The notes: generated by a model from the sequence alone, not told the origin. Counted from the stretch's first letter, positions 21,915-31,275 are shown. The stretch: DNA of 64,000 nt from Elusimicrobia bacterium CG1_02_56_21 (GCA_001871115.1 MNUR01000008.1:13843-77842), one strand, 5' to 3'. A program made the numbers and translations.

Positions 21915-22432
21915 TAATTCTCCAGTTTAAGCTCAGGCCGGTCTTTCTCTATCTCGGCGAGATAGCGGGAAGACAGGTCGGTATTGGCTTTATGGTCGAG
22001 CTTGTTTATAAGGATGCGCTCGGCCACCATTATTGAAAGCTCCGCGACCTTGTCCCGGATCTCCCTGACGGCCTCGATCTTCTGGGAATCTATTTCCCGC
22101 TTGGCGGACTCAACTATCATGCCCGCGCTTTTGCGGGCCTCTTCTATAATCACGTCCTTTTCTTTTTCAGCGGAGACCCTGGCTTCCTCCATCCGGCGGC
22201 CGATCTCGGTCTTCAGCCCGGCGAGCTTGGCGTCAAGCTCGGCGCGGGCCTTCTCGGCTTCGGCGCGGGCGGTTTCCGCCGAGTGGCGGTCGTGCTTTAA
22301 AGCGCGCTCGCGCTCGTCCACAGCCTGCAGCAGCGGCTTCCAGGCCGTTTTAGCAAGCAGAAGAACCAGCAGGGCAAAGCAGGTTATCGTCCAGAACATC
22401 AGGCCGATTTCCGGCCTAATCAATGCTTCCAT
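21914..22432 (-). CDS. atpF: Fo ATP synthase b subunit
   Basis: GLMFWTITCFALLVLLLAKTAWKPLLQAVDERE, then a coiled coil. Confidence 0.95.
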   Translation of the reverse strand: MEALIRPEIGLMFWTITCFALLVLLLAKTAWKPLLQAVDERERALKHDRHSAETARAEAEKARAELDAKLAGLKTEIGRRMEEARVSAEKEKDVIIEEARKSAGMIVESAKREIDSQKIEAVREIRDKVAELSIMVAERILINKLDHKANTDLSSRYLAEIEKDRPELKLEN

Positions 22433-22444
22433 ATAATAACTCCA

Positions 22445-22541
22445 GTCGAGATTCGAGAATCGGGAATCATGAACCTGGGACCAGGAACCGGGAGCGGAAT
22501 ATTTTCCGCGCTTCCCGATTCTCGATCCCTGATTCTCGATT
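22445..22541. repeat. Degenerate GGGAATC/GATTCCC heptamer inverted array
   Basis: GAGATTCGAGAATCGGGAATC ... TTCCCGATTCTCGATCCCTGATTCTCGATT between atpE and atpF. Confidence 0.7.
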
Positions 22542-22543
22542 CT

Positions 22544-22837
22544 TTATTTATGCGCTTCGGTCTGCACCGCGCCGGCGGCAGCGGGGGCTTTGGGCATGGC
22601 GAAGTTCATCACGGCAAGCAGACAGATGACCAGGCCGAAGAAGGCGAGACCTTCGATAAGGGCGGCGGCGATGATCATGGTGGTGCGCAGCGCGGGACCG
22701 GCTTCGGGCTGGCGGGCGGTGCCTTCAAGAGCGGCGGCTGCCAGCTTACCGATACCCAGAGCGGCTCCTATAAGCACGAGACCCGCGCCTAAGCCCGCTC
22801 CGATATAACCCAGTCCGAGGAATGTCATGTCGTTCAT
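22544..22837 (-). CDS. atpE: Fo ATP synthase c subunit with C-terminal extension
   Basis: GAGLGAG, ARQPEA, ALIEGLAF. Start MNDMTF at 22837 with GGAGGT SD. Confidence 0.96.
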   Translation of the reverse strand: MNDMTFLGLGYIGAGLGAGLVLIGAALGIGKLAAAALEGTARQPEAGPALRTTMIIAAALIEGLAFFGLVICLLAVMNFAMPKAPAAAGAVQTEAHK

Positions 22838-23010
22838 TTGTGTACTACCTCCGTGTAATATTACCCGCCTAACAGCTTGGCAGGCCCGCCGCTGGCGGAA
22901 AAACTGTCGCAAAACTTTGTTTGTGCCGTAACGAGCGCTATGCGCTTCAGACGGCCAAATCTTAATCCCGCTTTTCTTCGCAGCTTCCCCGCTCCCGACT
23001 CCCGATTTCT

Positions 23011-23772
23011 TTAATGCGGGTGCATAGCGGCGCCGGTGAATATGGCCGTCAGGAAAACGAAAACATAGGCCTGCAGGAAGGCCACGAACAGTTCCAGCAT
23101 CAGCGTGAACAGAACCAGCCCCACCGAAATAGGAGCCACGCCGAAACCGACTATCGCGCTGAGCGAGCCGAAGATGAAGATAAAGCTGATAAAGGCCAGG
23201 ATAACGATATGCCCGGCTATCATGTTGGCGAAAAGACGGATACAGAGCGCGAAGGTTTTGGTGACCAGGCCGATAAGTTCTATCGGAAAAAGCAGCGGAT
23301 AAAGCCAGCCGGGCACGCCCTTGGGCACTATATGGCCGAAGTAGCCGAAAATTCCCTGCTCCCTTATGCCCGCAAAGTTGACCAGCGCGAAGGTGGTCAG
23401 CGCCAGCCCGGCGGTAACGGCCAGGTTGCCGGTGGCGGTAGCCCCGTAAGGAACCAGGCCCAGAAGGTTGAGCGTGAGGATGAAAAAGAAAAGGCTGGAG
23501 AAATAGCCCATATAGGCCGCGCCCTTGTGCCCGAGGTTGGGAACTACCACCTCGTCGCGGAGGAAGAGCACTATTATCTCTATCATAGCGCGGAACGGCG
23601 CGAGGGCCCTGGAGCGGCTCCTGATCAGGAGCGGCAGGCCGAGCACCAGGATGACGGAGGCTATGCCCATCATCAGAAGATGTTTTGAAATAGGAAGACG
23701 GAGGGGGCCCAGGTTTACCCAGGACCAGATATGGTCGACGATGTGGTGCTCAAGAATTTCTTTTAATCCCAT
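23011..23772 (-). CDS. atpB: Fo ATP synthase a subunit
   Basis: NLLGLVPY, IRLFANMIAGH, ELFVAFLQAYVF. Confidence 0.97.
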   Translation of the reverse strand: MGLKEILEHHIVDHIWSWVNLGPLRLPISKHLLMMGIASVILVLGLPLLIRSRSRALAPFRAMIEIIVLFLRDEVVVPNLGHKGAAYMGYFSSLFFFILTLNLLGLVPYGATATGNLAVTAGLALTTFALVNFAGIREQGIFGYFGHIVPKGVPGWLYPLLFPIELIGLVTKTFALCIRLFANMIAGHIVILAFISFIFIFGSLSAIVGFGVAPISVGLVLFTLMLELFVAFLQAYVFVFLTAIFTGAAMHPH

Positions 23773-24040
23773 TATGTTTCAGCGGAAACGCCTCAAATGC
23801 CATCTGAACCAGGATAAATGAAACCGTAAACGAGATAATGATTATACCCTTTTCATGGCGGAGCAGGCAAATCAGGAGCGTAAGGAGGCCCAGACGGATG
23901 AAAATTCCCGTCGTAAAAACCAGGTAAAATACTTTATCGGAAGAATTGAGCGCTCTTTTCATGGCGAGGCGGGAACCCCACCCGCTCAAAGCGCCCAGCG
24001 CGGCGCCACAGACCAAAACCAGCGGAATATTATTTATCAA
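23750..24040 (-). CDS. atpI: ATP synthase protein I-like membrane protein
   Basis: 3-4 TM with FIRLGLL; immediately upstream of atpB. Confidence 0.7.
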   Translation of the reverse strand: MINNIPLVLVCGAALGALSGWGSRLAMKRALNSSDKVFYLVFTTGIFIRLGLLTLLICLLRHEKGIIIISFTVSFILVQMAFEAFPLKHNGIKRNS

Positions 24041-24245
24041 CGCTTCCCCCGTCCTTGGGAAAAAGTTCCCTGACCACGAGGTAAAAACCGCCCGCCATGC
24101 CGGCGGCCGCGCCGGCCAGCATCAGCCACGGGCCGGTGCCTAGTTTTTTATCCAGCTGGTAACCGCCCCAGAAACCGGCGAGCACGGCCACGGCCAGCTC
24201 CAGCCCTATCTGAGCGTAATTCCAGTAGTTTTCTTTATCAGCCAC
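24030..24245 (-). CDS. AtpZ/AtpI-family (gene 1) membrane protein
   Basis: IGLELAVAV..G.WGGYQLDKKLGTGPW motif. Confidence 0.85.
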   Translation of the reverse strand: MADKENYWNYAQIGLELAVAVLAGFWGGYQLDKKLGTGPWLMLAGAAAGMAGGFYLVVRELFPKDGGSVDK

Positions 24246-24391
24246 AACTGAATTCTACAATACTTTAACCCGCCGCAAAAAAAGCGCCGGGCGGACCGGC
24301 TGGCGGGCCCGCGCCCCCTTCCGCCGTTTATCCCCGCTCCTCCCGATCTTCTTTGCGGCCAATCGCTCCCTAAAATGTTAGAATCGGTATT

Positions 24392-26101
24392 ATGGCTGAC
24401 AGCTCAGGCAAAAAAATACTGCTGGTGGACACGGACGAAGCGGCCGCGCGGGCGCTGACCTCTTTCCTTGAAGAACACGGCTACCATACCCAGACCGTGA
24501 CCAAATACCAGCAGGCGATCACCGCAGTGCAGAACTGGAAACCGGAACTGATCATCCTCAATATACTTATACAGACCTTCAACCCGCTTGATTTCATAAG
24601 CGAGATCAAAAAAAACCCTTTCACCGAAGCCCAGAAGATAATAATCTTCTCGCAGACCCCCGACACCGGCATAGTAACAGGCCCCTCGCCCAGGGTCCGG
24701 GGCTACCTTACAAAACCGGTGGATTTCGAAGCTCTCAAAGCGGCGCTCCACCAGGCCGCGCCGCCGCAGGAAAGGGCGCAGCTGACGGTAATGGTAGCCG
24801 ACGACGACACCGAATTTTCCGACCTTATCAAGATGTTCCTGGAAGCCAATAACTACCGGCCCCTGGTAGTAAACGATTCCCGGCAGATCATAGAGCGCCT
24901 GAAGGCCGTGAAGCCGGACGCGCTGCTGCTGGACATAATGATGCCCGGCAAAGACGGCTTCGCAATAATGCAGGAGATGCAGGACTCCGCCGAAACGTCC
25001 GAAATACCGATAATCATCCTGAGCGCGCTGCGCCTGGAAAACTACCAGGAGCGCGGCATACTCACCGGCCTGCCGGAGATAGTGGCGCGCGAGATCCCCG
25101 GGGACCTGCTCTTAAAACTTATAGAAGAACAAACTTCCATTAACGGCGGAGCGGCCGAACCGCAGAAAACCCTGCGCCCCCGCGTGCTCCTGGCCGACGA
25201 CCAGACCGAACTGCTCATGCTGATGAAAGAAATGGTTGAGTTCGCCGGCTTCGAGGTGGTTACGGCCAATGACGGAGTAGAAGCGATGCAGGCGGTTTTC
25301 GAGACCAGCCCCGATATTATAGTGCTGGATTACAATATGCCGCGCAAAGACGGCCTGCAGGTGGCCCAGGACCTTAAAAACAACCCGGTCTTCGCCCATA
25401 TCCCGATAATCATAGTTACCGGCATCGGCGAAAAAAGCACCAAGCTCAAAGGCCTGAGCATGGGCATAGACGATTACCTTATAAAGCCCGTAGATACCGA
25501 CGAACTGGTAGCCCGTATCCGGATGATACTCAAGCGCAATAAGCAGGTCCTCGACACAAACCCGCTTTCAAAACTGCCGGGCAACCCCTCGATACAGGCC
25601 CGCATTGAACGCGAGATACAGAAAGGCGGGGAATTCGCCGTACTTTACCTGGACCTGGATAATTTCAAGGCCTATAACGACAATTACGGCTTCGAGGCGG
25701 GGGACCGCGTTATAAAGGCCACCGCCAATTTGCTGGTAAAACTCACCATTCAGAACGAGAACTCCGAGGATTTCATAGGCCATATAGGCGGGGACGACTA
25801 TATAGTGGTAACTTCCTACGCTAAATCCGAAGAACTGGCCAAGCGCATAACCCTGGCTTTCGACGAGATCTCTCCCTCCTTCTACAATAAAGCGGACAGG
25901 GAGCGCGGCTGCATAGTTTCCACCGACCGGCAGGGCAATATAAAGAAATTCGCCCTGCTTTCCATCTCCATAGGGATAGTGCAGAATCATACCCGCCCGC
26001 TGCACTCCTTCGCGCAGGTCAGCAATATAGGCACAGAGCTTAAAAAAGCGGCCAAAGCGGCCAATAAGAGCCATTATACCATTGACCGGCGTAAAGATTA
26101 G
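24392..26101 (+). CDS. Response-regulator diguanylate cyclase (REC-REC-REC-GGDEF)
   Basis: Three receiver domains (LLDIMMPGKDG and LDYNMPRKDG; the first has N in place of the phospho-Asp), then DLDNFKAYND and GGDDY. Confidence 0.9.
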   Translation: MADSSGKKILLVDTDEAAARALTSFLEEHGYHTQTVTKYQQAITAVQNWKPELIILNILIQTFNPLDFISEIKKNPFTEAQKIIIFSQTPDTGIVTGPSPRVRGYLTKPVDFEALKAALHQAAPPQERAQLTVMVADDDTEFSDLIKMFLEANNYRPLVVNDSRQIIERLKAVKPDALLLDIMMPGKDGFAIMQEMQDSAETSEIPIIILSALRLENYQERGILTGLPEIVAREIPGDLLLKLIEEQTSINGGAAEPQKTLRPRVLLADDQTELLMLMKEMVEFAGFEVVTANDGVEAMQAVFETSPDIIVLDYNMPRKDGLQVAQDLKNNPVFAHIPIIIVTGIGEKSTKLKGLSMGIDDYLIKPVDTDELVARIRMILKRNKQVLDTNPLSKLPGNPSIQARIEREIQKGGEFAVLYLDLDNFKAYNDNYGFEAGDRVIKATANLLVKLTIQNENSEDFIGHIGGDDYIVVTSYAKSEELAKRITLAFDEISPSFYNKADRERGCIVSTDRQGNIKKFALLSISIGIVQNHTRPLHSFAQVSNIGTELKKAAKAANKSHYTIDRRKD

Positions 26102-26135
26102 AGGCGCCGGCGCAATCAAAAGCCCCCAAGGCAAT

Positions 26136-26162
26136 AAAAAAGACCGCCAGGCGGTCTTTTTT
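26136..26162. terminator. Bidirectional intrinsic terminator
   Basis: AAAAAAGACCGCC-a-GGCGGTCTTTTTT between convergent genes. Confidence 0.75.
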
Positions 26163-26195
26163 GTTTTTAGCCGCCACGCGGCTATTATCCCCGGA

Positions 26196-27308
26196 TCAGA
26201 TAAAAGTCGGCTCGGGAACGGAAGGTTCCCCGTAATATACGGCCGGCTGCACCTGCATTCCGTTATCCTGGCCCGGGTAATAAATGGCCGGAACAACCCT
26301 GGCCGGGGCCTGGCGCTGCACGGATTGCTGGCGCTGCATCTCGTCTAAGTACCTTTCCATTTCCGTCTGCGGAATAAGGGCCTGGACTTCCTTTATCATA
26401 GTGACGTCTTCGCCGCGGCCGCCGTTCTGGGTATATACATTAGCCCTGCCGGGAGTGTAGGCATAAGGGCTGCGGGGGTCTTCCGCGGTACCTGTGCCGG
26501 AATCATAAGCGTAGTCCACGCCGCCGCGCACCAAAATCCCCTCTATCTTGAGGGTTTTAAGATTGAAAACCGGGCTGCCGGAATTACCGCCGAAAGTGTC
26601 GAGGTCGGCTACGAAGAACCCGCTGCCTATGCTGCGTACGCTGCCGTTAGTGGCTATCTTGACCGGCAGGCCGCTGGGATAGCCTATAACCCCAAGCTCC
26701 GAAGTCCGCCCTATATTTCCGCGGTTTATAGCAAGAGGATGGCGGCCGGTTACCTTCCTGTCCAGTTTTACCAGGGCGTAGTCGGCTCCGGCATTATCCA
26801 CCTGATTGGCTATTACCTGGCTGCAGGAGTAGACGTTCCCGGCCGGGAAAGAGGCAGGCATCTGTCCCGCGCTGGTTACGGCATAGCCGAAAACCATTTT
26901 AACCCTCTCGCAGGGGCCGCCGCGGGGATCGGGCCTGAAGCAGTGGCCGGCAGTGAGAACGGTGTCGTCCCCTACAAGGACCCCGGAGCAGAAAGCCCCT
27001 ACGGGCTGCTCAGCGAAGCGCTCTCCGTCCTGCAGATTATACTTTCCCTTTAAGGAGAGATTCTTAAGTTTATATCTGCCAGAGGCCTCATCCATAGGTA
27101 TGGCGGAATCGGCAAAAAGGGCCACGGTAGACTCGGAGTACTTCTGCATTATCCTGTCGGCTGCGTAGAAATCCACCCTGTCGTCATTACCGTATATGGA
27201 AACGGGGATGATCTCCGCATTGCGGCTATTGCCGCCGGCATTAAGAAGCCCGCCTCCGGTAAGGAGGGCGGCTGCCAGAAGGGTCAAAGTCAGCATCCTG
27301 CGTTTCAT
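26196..27308 (-). CDS. Secreted trypsin-like (S1) serine protease
   Basis: Signal peptide, IYGNDDR, triad TAGHC / DYALVKLD / GGNSGSPV. Confidence 0.92.
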   Translation of the reverse strand: MKRRMLTLTLLAAALLTGGGLLNAGGNSRNAEIIPVSIYGNDDRVDFYAADRIMQKYSESTVALFADSAIPMDEASGRYKLKNLSLKGKYNLQDGERFAEQPVGAFCSGVLVGDDTVLTAGHCFRPDPRGGPCERVKMVFGYAVTSAGQMPASFPAGNVYSCSQVIANQVDNAGADYALVKLDRKVTGRHPLAINRGNIGRTSELGVIGYPSGLPVKIATNGSVRSIGSGFFVADLDTFGGNSGSPVFNLKTLKIEGILVRGGVDYAYDSGTGTAEDPRSPYAYTPGRANVYTQNGGRGEDVTMIKEVQALIPQTEMERYLDEMQRQQSVQRQAPARVVPAIYYPGQDNGMQVQPAVYYGEPSVPEPTFI

Positions 27309-27314
27309 AGTTAT

Positions 27315-27343
27315 ATTATGGAGCATAGGTTGATAAATGTCAA
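27315..27343 (-). promoter_or_regulatory. Sigma70 promoter for a leaderless protease transcript
   Basis: TTGACA-17 nt-CATAAT-6 nt-ATG(27308). Confidence 0.75.
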
Positions 27344-27440
27344 TCCCTAAAGGCCTAGCAGTTTATAGGTCTTTAGGCCTATATGAGCATTTTTCTGGTT
27401 TATCCCCGAGCGATTAGGTCTGGCTCCAGTGTGCCGTGTG

Positions 27441-27740
27441 GGCCGGAACGCAAAACACGTTCGGCCACACCGTGGCCTCACTCGGTATTCGCCCGCCGCG
27501 CTTATGCAAGCGGCGGGCTCAACGACGGTTTTGCTAACCCGGCCCCCGCGTCACTCTGGAGAAAGCACCACCCGCGGTTGCCTGGCGGGCAGGGTTAGCA
27601 AAAGCCCCTCGGGATGGAGCGAAGCGACAGTTTCCCGCTAAAGGCTTACGCAAGCACCGAGACCGGGCGGCCGTTCCGGCCACTGCAGTGAGCGGCAGGC
27701 GCGCGCACGGTGTGCGCGACGCCGATTTTGCGTTCCGGGC
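27441..27740. repeat. Structured element made of two inverted module B copies
   Basis: Ends CCGGAACGCAAAA / TTTTGCGTTCCGG; inner TTTTGCTAACCC / GGGTTAGCAAAA. 27443-27550 closely matches 40104-40210. Confidence 0.85.
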
Positions 27741-27766
27741 CCCCAGGCGACCGCCAAACTAGAGCA

Positions 27767-27802
27767 TAAAAAAACGCCGCCCGGTTTGACGCGGGCGGCG
27801 TT
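27767..27802 (-). terminator. Intrinsic terminator after the SWIB gene
   Basis: AACGCCGCCCG...CGGGCGGCGTT with a U tract on the minus strand. Confidence 0.75.
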
Positions 27803-27821
27803 AAGTTCAAAAGAAAATAAC

Positions 27822-28085
27822 TTATTTCTTTATGTTCTTGCTGATGATAGTAGCCAGGTCGAACATCGTGACCTGCTTCTTGTTCGCGAACAGGGGAAGA
27901 AGCTTCACATCGGCGTTGATGTTGCGCTTGTTCTTCTTGTCCTGCAGGTTGTTCTTCTTTATGTACACCCAGATTTTCTTAACGATCTCGGTGCGGGGAA
28001 GCGGCTTCGCTCCAACTATCGCGGCGAGGGTATCGTTAGGGGTAACAGGGGCCATGAACTTTGAGTTTGTTTTTGCTGCGGGCAT
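27822..28085 (-). CDS. SWIB/MDM2 domain protein
   Basis: LAAIVGAKPLPRTEIVKKIWVYIKKNNLQDKKNKRNINAD..L..LF...QVTMFDL; GGAGG SD. Confidence 0.93.
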   Translation of the reverse strand: MPAAKTNSKFMAPVTPNDTLAAIVGAKPLPRTEIVKKIWVYIKKNNLQDKKNKRNINADVKLLPLFANKKQVTMFDLATIISKNIKK

Positions 28086-28218
28086 TGTTTTACGTCCTCC
28101 TTAAGGATCACTATCTAAATAATGTATTCATATTAACCTATTTTCCAATGAGGATGTCAAGCCTATGGCTGTGCCGTATCAGAAGCTATGCTTATCAGAC
28201 GGCCAAGGAAAAGGATAT

Positions 28219-29880
28219 TTACTGCCGCGCCCCGGCTTTGGCCAGTTTCGGGCCGGCGGCTCTCACTTCCGGGGGGCATTTAGCCTGGAATTTCTTGAAA
28301 TTCTCAATAAAAAGGGAGCCGAGCTGCTGGTATTTGGACATATAGAGCTTTTTGTCGCCCCAGGAGCTGGCGGGGTTCAGAACCTCGTCCGGCACGCCGG
28401 CGCATTTAGCGGGCACGTCGAAGCCGAAAACCGGGTCTTTCACATACTTAACCTTGCCCAGCCCGCCCTCCAGGGCGGCGTTCAGCAGCGCGCGGGTATA
28501 TTTTATGCTGATGCGCTTGCCGATGCCGTAAGGGCCGCCAGTCCAGCCGGTATTCACCAGCCAGCATTTGGCGCCGTAGCGCAGTATTTTCTTACGGAGC
28601 AGCTCCGAATAAACGGCCGGGTGATGCACCATGAAAGGCGCCCCGAAACAAGTGCTGAAAGTGATCTCGGGCTCTTTGCGCATGTCCAGTTCGGTGGCGC
28701 TCACCTTGGCGGTGTAGCCGGAGATAAAGTGGTACATCGCCTGCTCCACGGAAAGCCGCGCTATGGGCGGCATCACGCCCGAGGCGTCGCAGGTGAGCAT
28801 AACGATATTAGCCGGGTGGCCGCCGGTCTTGGACTCCACCGCATTGTCTATAAAGCTTATCGGATAGGCCGCGCGGGTGTTCTCGGTCAGAGAGGCGTCG
28901 TCCAGGTCCAGCTGCCGCGTTACCGGGTCGAAGACCACGTTCTCGAGCACCGTGCCGAAGCGCCTGGTAGTCGCGAAGATCTGGGGCTCGGCTTTCTCCG
29001 AAAGGTTTATAGCCTTGGCGTAGCAGCCGTTCTCTATATTAAATATTCCCTCGTCGCTCCAGCCGTGCTGGTCGTCGCCGATAAGATTACGGGAAGGGTC
29101 GGCGGAAAGAGTGGTCTTGCCGGTGCCCGACAGGCCGAAGAACAGCGCCGTGTCCCCTTTCTTGCCGGTATTGGCCGAGCAGTGCATGGAGAGTATGCCC
29201 TCCAGCGGCAGCAAATAGTTCATCACCGTGAAAACGGCTTTTTTTATCTCCCCTGCGTAACGGGTATTGCCGATTATCACCAGGCGGGCTTCGAAGTTGA
29301 TGATGATGAAGGTGCCGGACTGCGTCATGTCTATTTCCGGCGCGGCCTTAAAGCCGGGCGCGCAGACTATGGTGAAGTCGGGGGCGAATTTACGCAGCTC
29401 GTCGTTGGTTTCAGGCTCGAAGAACATGGTTTTGGCGAAAAGGCTGTGCCAGGCGTGTTCCGTAACGATCCTGACCGGCAGCCGGTGGTTCTTGTCGGCC
29501 CCGGCGTAAAGGTCCTGCACAAAAACGTCCCGGCCTTCCAGGTAGCCCTGCAGCCGGTTGTAAAGGGCGCTGAATTTTTCAGAATTGAAGGGGCGGTTAT
29601 ATTCGCTCCACCATACATGGCCCTCGCTGTCCCCGCCCTTTACCACGAACTTGTCGTTGGCGGCGCGCGCGGTGAACTTGCCGGTATTCACCACGAAGGG
29701 CCCCATGTTCCCTATACGGCCCTCGCCCCTGAAGACGGCTTCCTCGTACATGGCAGGCACGGAAAGATTCCAGTATTCGGAGTTTAAATTGGTGAGGCCG
29801 TGGTTAGCCAGACCGTAATCGCTTTTAAGAGCCCTGGCTTCTTTGCTCGCCGGGGTTTTGATGCCTAAATAGTCGTTCAT
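28219..29880 (-). CDS. pckA: Phosphoenolpyruvate carboxykinase (ATP)
   Basis: YAGEIKK, MHCSAN, FFGLSGTGKTTLSAD, ENTRAAYP, FSTCFGAPF. True start MNDYLG at 29880, overlapping the upstream stop. Confidence 0.97.
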   Translation of the reverse strand: MNDYLGIKTPASKEARALKSDYGLANHGLTNLNSEYWNLSVPAMYEEAVFRGEGRIGNMGPFVVNTGKFTARAANDKFVVKGGDSEGHVWWSEYNRPFNSEKFSALYNRLQGYLEGRDVFVQDLYAGADKNHRLPVRIVTEHAWHSLFAKTMFFEPETNDELRKFAPDFTIVCAPGFKAAPEIDMTQSGTFIIINFEARLVIIGNTRYAGEIKKAVFTVMNYLLPLEGILSMHCSANTGKKGDTALFFGLSGTGKTTLSADPSRNLIGDDQHGWSDEGIFNIENGCYAKAINLSEKAEPQIFATTRRFGTVLENVVFDPVTRQLDLDDASLTENTRAAYPISFIDNAVESKTGGHPANIVMLTCDASGVMPPIARLSVEQAMYHFISGYTAKVSATELDMRKEPEITFSTCFGAPFMVHHPAVYSELLRKKILRYGAKCWLVNTGWTGGPYGIGKRISIKYTRALLNAALEGGLGKVKYVKDPVFGFDVPAKCAGVPDEVLNPASSWGDKKLYMSKYQQLGSLFIENFKKFQAKCPPEVRAAGPKLAKAGARQ

Positions 29881-31100
29881 TTCCAGTCCCTCACGCACTT
29901 CCTGTCGCCGATATAAATTTCTTTGGCGGAATCCGGGTCCAGCGCCCAGCGGATGCGGGCCGCGCCCTCGATAGTGTCCTTCATGCTGCCGCAGTAACTC
30001 AGGCGCAGATGGCCTTCCATGCCGAATTCCTTGCCGGGCACGGTCACCACCATGGCCCGCTCGAGCAGCTTCCTGGACAGGGCCACGGAGTCTTTGGAAT
30101 AAGCGCGGAAGTCGGGCAGGCAGTAAAAAGTCCCCTGCGGCTTTATCACTTTCACGCCGTTTATGGCCTCCAGCTCGCGGACCATCACGTCGCGGTTGTT
30201 CTGCAGCGTGGCCGTCAGGCTGTCCACATAGCTCTGTATGCCGTTGAGCGCGCCCACGGCCGCGGCCTGCAGCAAAGACGAGGGGCAGGAAGTGGTCTGG
30301 GCCTGCACATTGGTCATTACCTGTATCAGTTTCTTGTTCGCCACCGCCCAGCCGATGCGGAAGCCGGTCATAGCGTAAAGCTTGGACACGCCGTTGATGA
30401 CCACCAGGCGGGAGGAATCGGAGAAATTCCTGGCGTACTTGTAGCAGGAGACGGGCTTCTGGCCGTCGAACATCAGCTTGTGGTAAATATCGTCCATTAT
30501 CAGGTAGATATTGTTCTTTTCGCAATATTCCACCAGGCCCTTTATGAGCTCGGCGGAATAAACCACGCCGGAAGGGTTATTGGGGCTGTTGACGATTATG
30601 GCCTTGGTGGAGGAACCGACGGCCTCTATTATCTCTTTAAGGCTGGGCTCAAAGCGGCCGTCCTCGGGCGTGACTATAACCGGTACCGCGTAGCAGAGTT
30701 TCACCATCTCCGGGTAGCTTACCCAGTAAGGCGCGAGGATAATCACTTCATCCTGCGGGTCGAGTATCGAAACCAGAAGAGAGTAAAGCGCGGCCTTCGC
30801 CCCGGCGGAGACCAGCACGTTTTCGGCGCCAACGCGCTTGTCGTAATTTTCCTCGGTATAGCGCACTATCGCTTTCTTCAGCGAAGGGATGCCGTCCACG
30901 GGCGTGTATTTCACTTCCGCGGAGGTAAGCTTACCCGCGGCCGCTATGATAGCGTCGATGGGGGTTTTAGACTTGGGCTCGCCGGTACCCAGGTGAATGA
31001 CAGCTTCACCGCGCTCTTTAAGTAACGCGGCTTTTTCATTAAGGGCCAAGGTAGGAGATTCCTGCACCGCGGCCGCAAGCTGGCTGATGGGAGATTTCAT
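29877..31100 (-). CDS. Class I PLP aminotransferase (aspartate aminotransferase-like)
   Basis: PYWVSY, NSPNNPSG, DDIY, GVSKLYAMTGFRIG. Start MKSPISQ at 31100. Confidence 0.93.
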   Translation of the reverse strand: MKSPISQLAAAVQESPTLALNEKAALLKERGEAVIHLGTGEPKSKTPIDAIIAAAGKLTSAEVKYTPVDGIPSLKKAIVRYTEENYDKRVGAENVLVSAGAKAALYSLLVSILDPQDEVIILAPYWVSYPEMVKLCYAVPVIVTPEDGRFEPSLKEIIEAVGSSTKAIIVNSPNNPSGVVYSAELIKGLVEYCEKNNIYLIMDDIYHKLMFDGQKPVSCYKYARNFSDSSRLVVINGVSKLYAMTGFRIGWAVANKKLIQVMTNVQAQTTSCPSSLLQAAAVGALNGIQSYVDSLTATLQNNRDVMVRELEAINGVKVIKPQGTFYCLPDFRAYSKDSVALSRKLLERAMVVTVPGKEFGMEGHLRLSYCGSMKDTIEGAARIRWALDPDSAKEIYIGDRKCVRDWK

Positions 31101-31203
31101 TTTTAAACCCCGGGAATCAGTCTCTTTTATCCCGCCGGGCGGCGGGAGGGAGACAGTCCGTCTTTCCGGCTTCCGCCGGGCTGCTGTAATGCAGAAAAAT
31201 TTA

Positions 31204-31275
31204 AGGTGCGGGTGGGAATCGAACCCACGAATAAGAGTTTTGCAGACTCTCGCCTTACCACTTGGCCACCGCACC
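31204..31275 (-). tRNA. tRNA-Cys(GCA)
   Basis: GGTGCGG/CCGCACC acceptor stem, anticodon arm GAGAGT-CTGCAAA-ACTCT, GGTTCGATTCC T-arm, U discriminator; CCA not encoded. Confidence 0.97.

Noticed and set aside
27383-27641. Short ORFs of 70-71 aa inside the palindromic element
   Set aside because: No SD, non-protein-like composition, and fully explained by the repeat.
29881-30525. 768-aa ORF suggesting an N-terminally extended PckA
   Set aside because: The extension is an alternative frame of the aminotransferase gene; PckA homology starts at ATG 29880.
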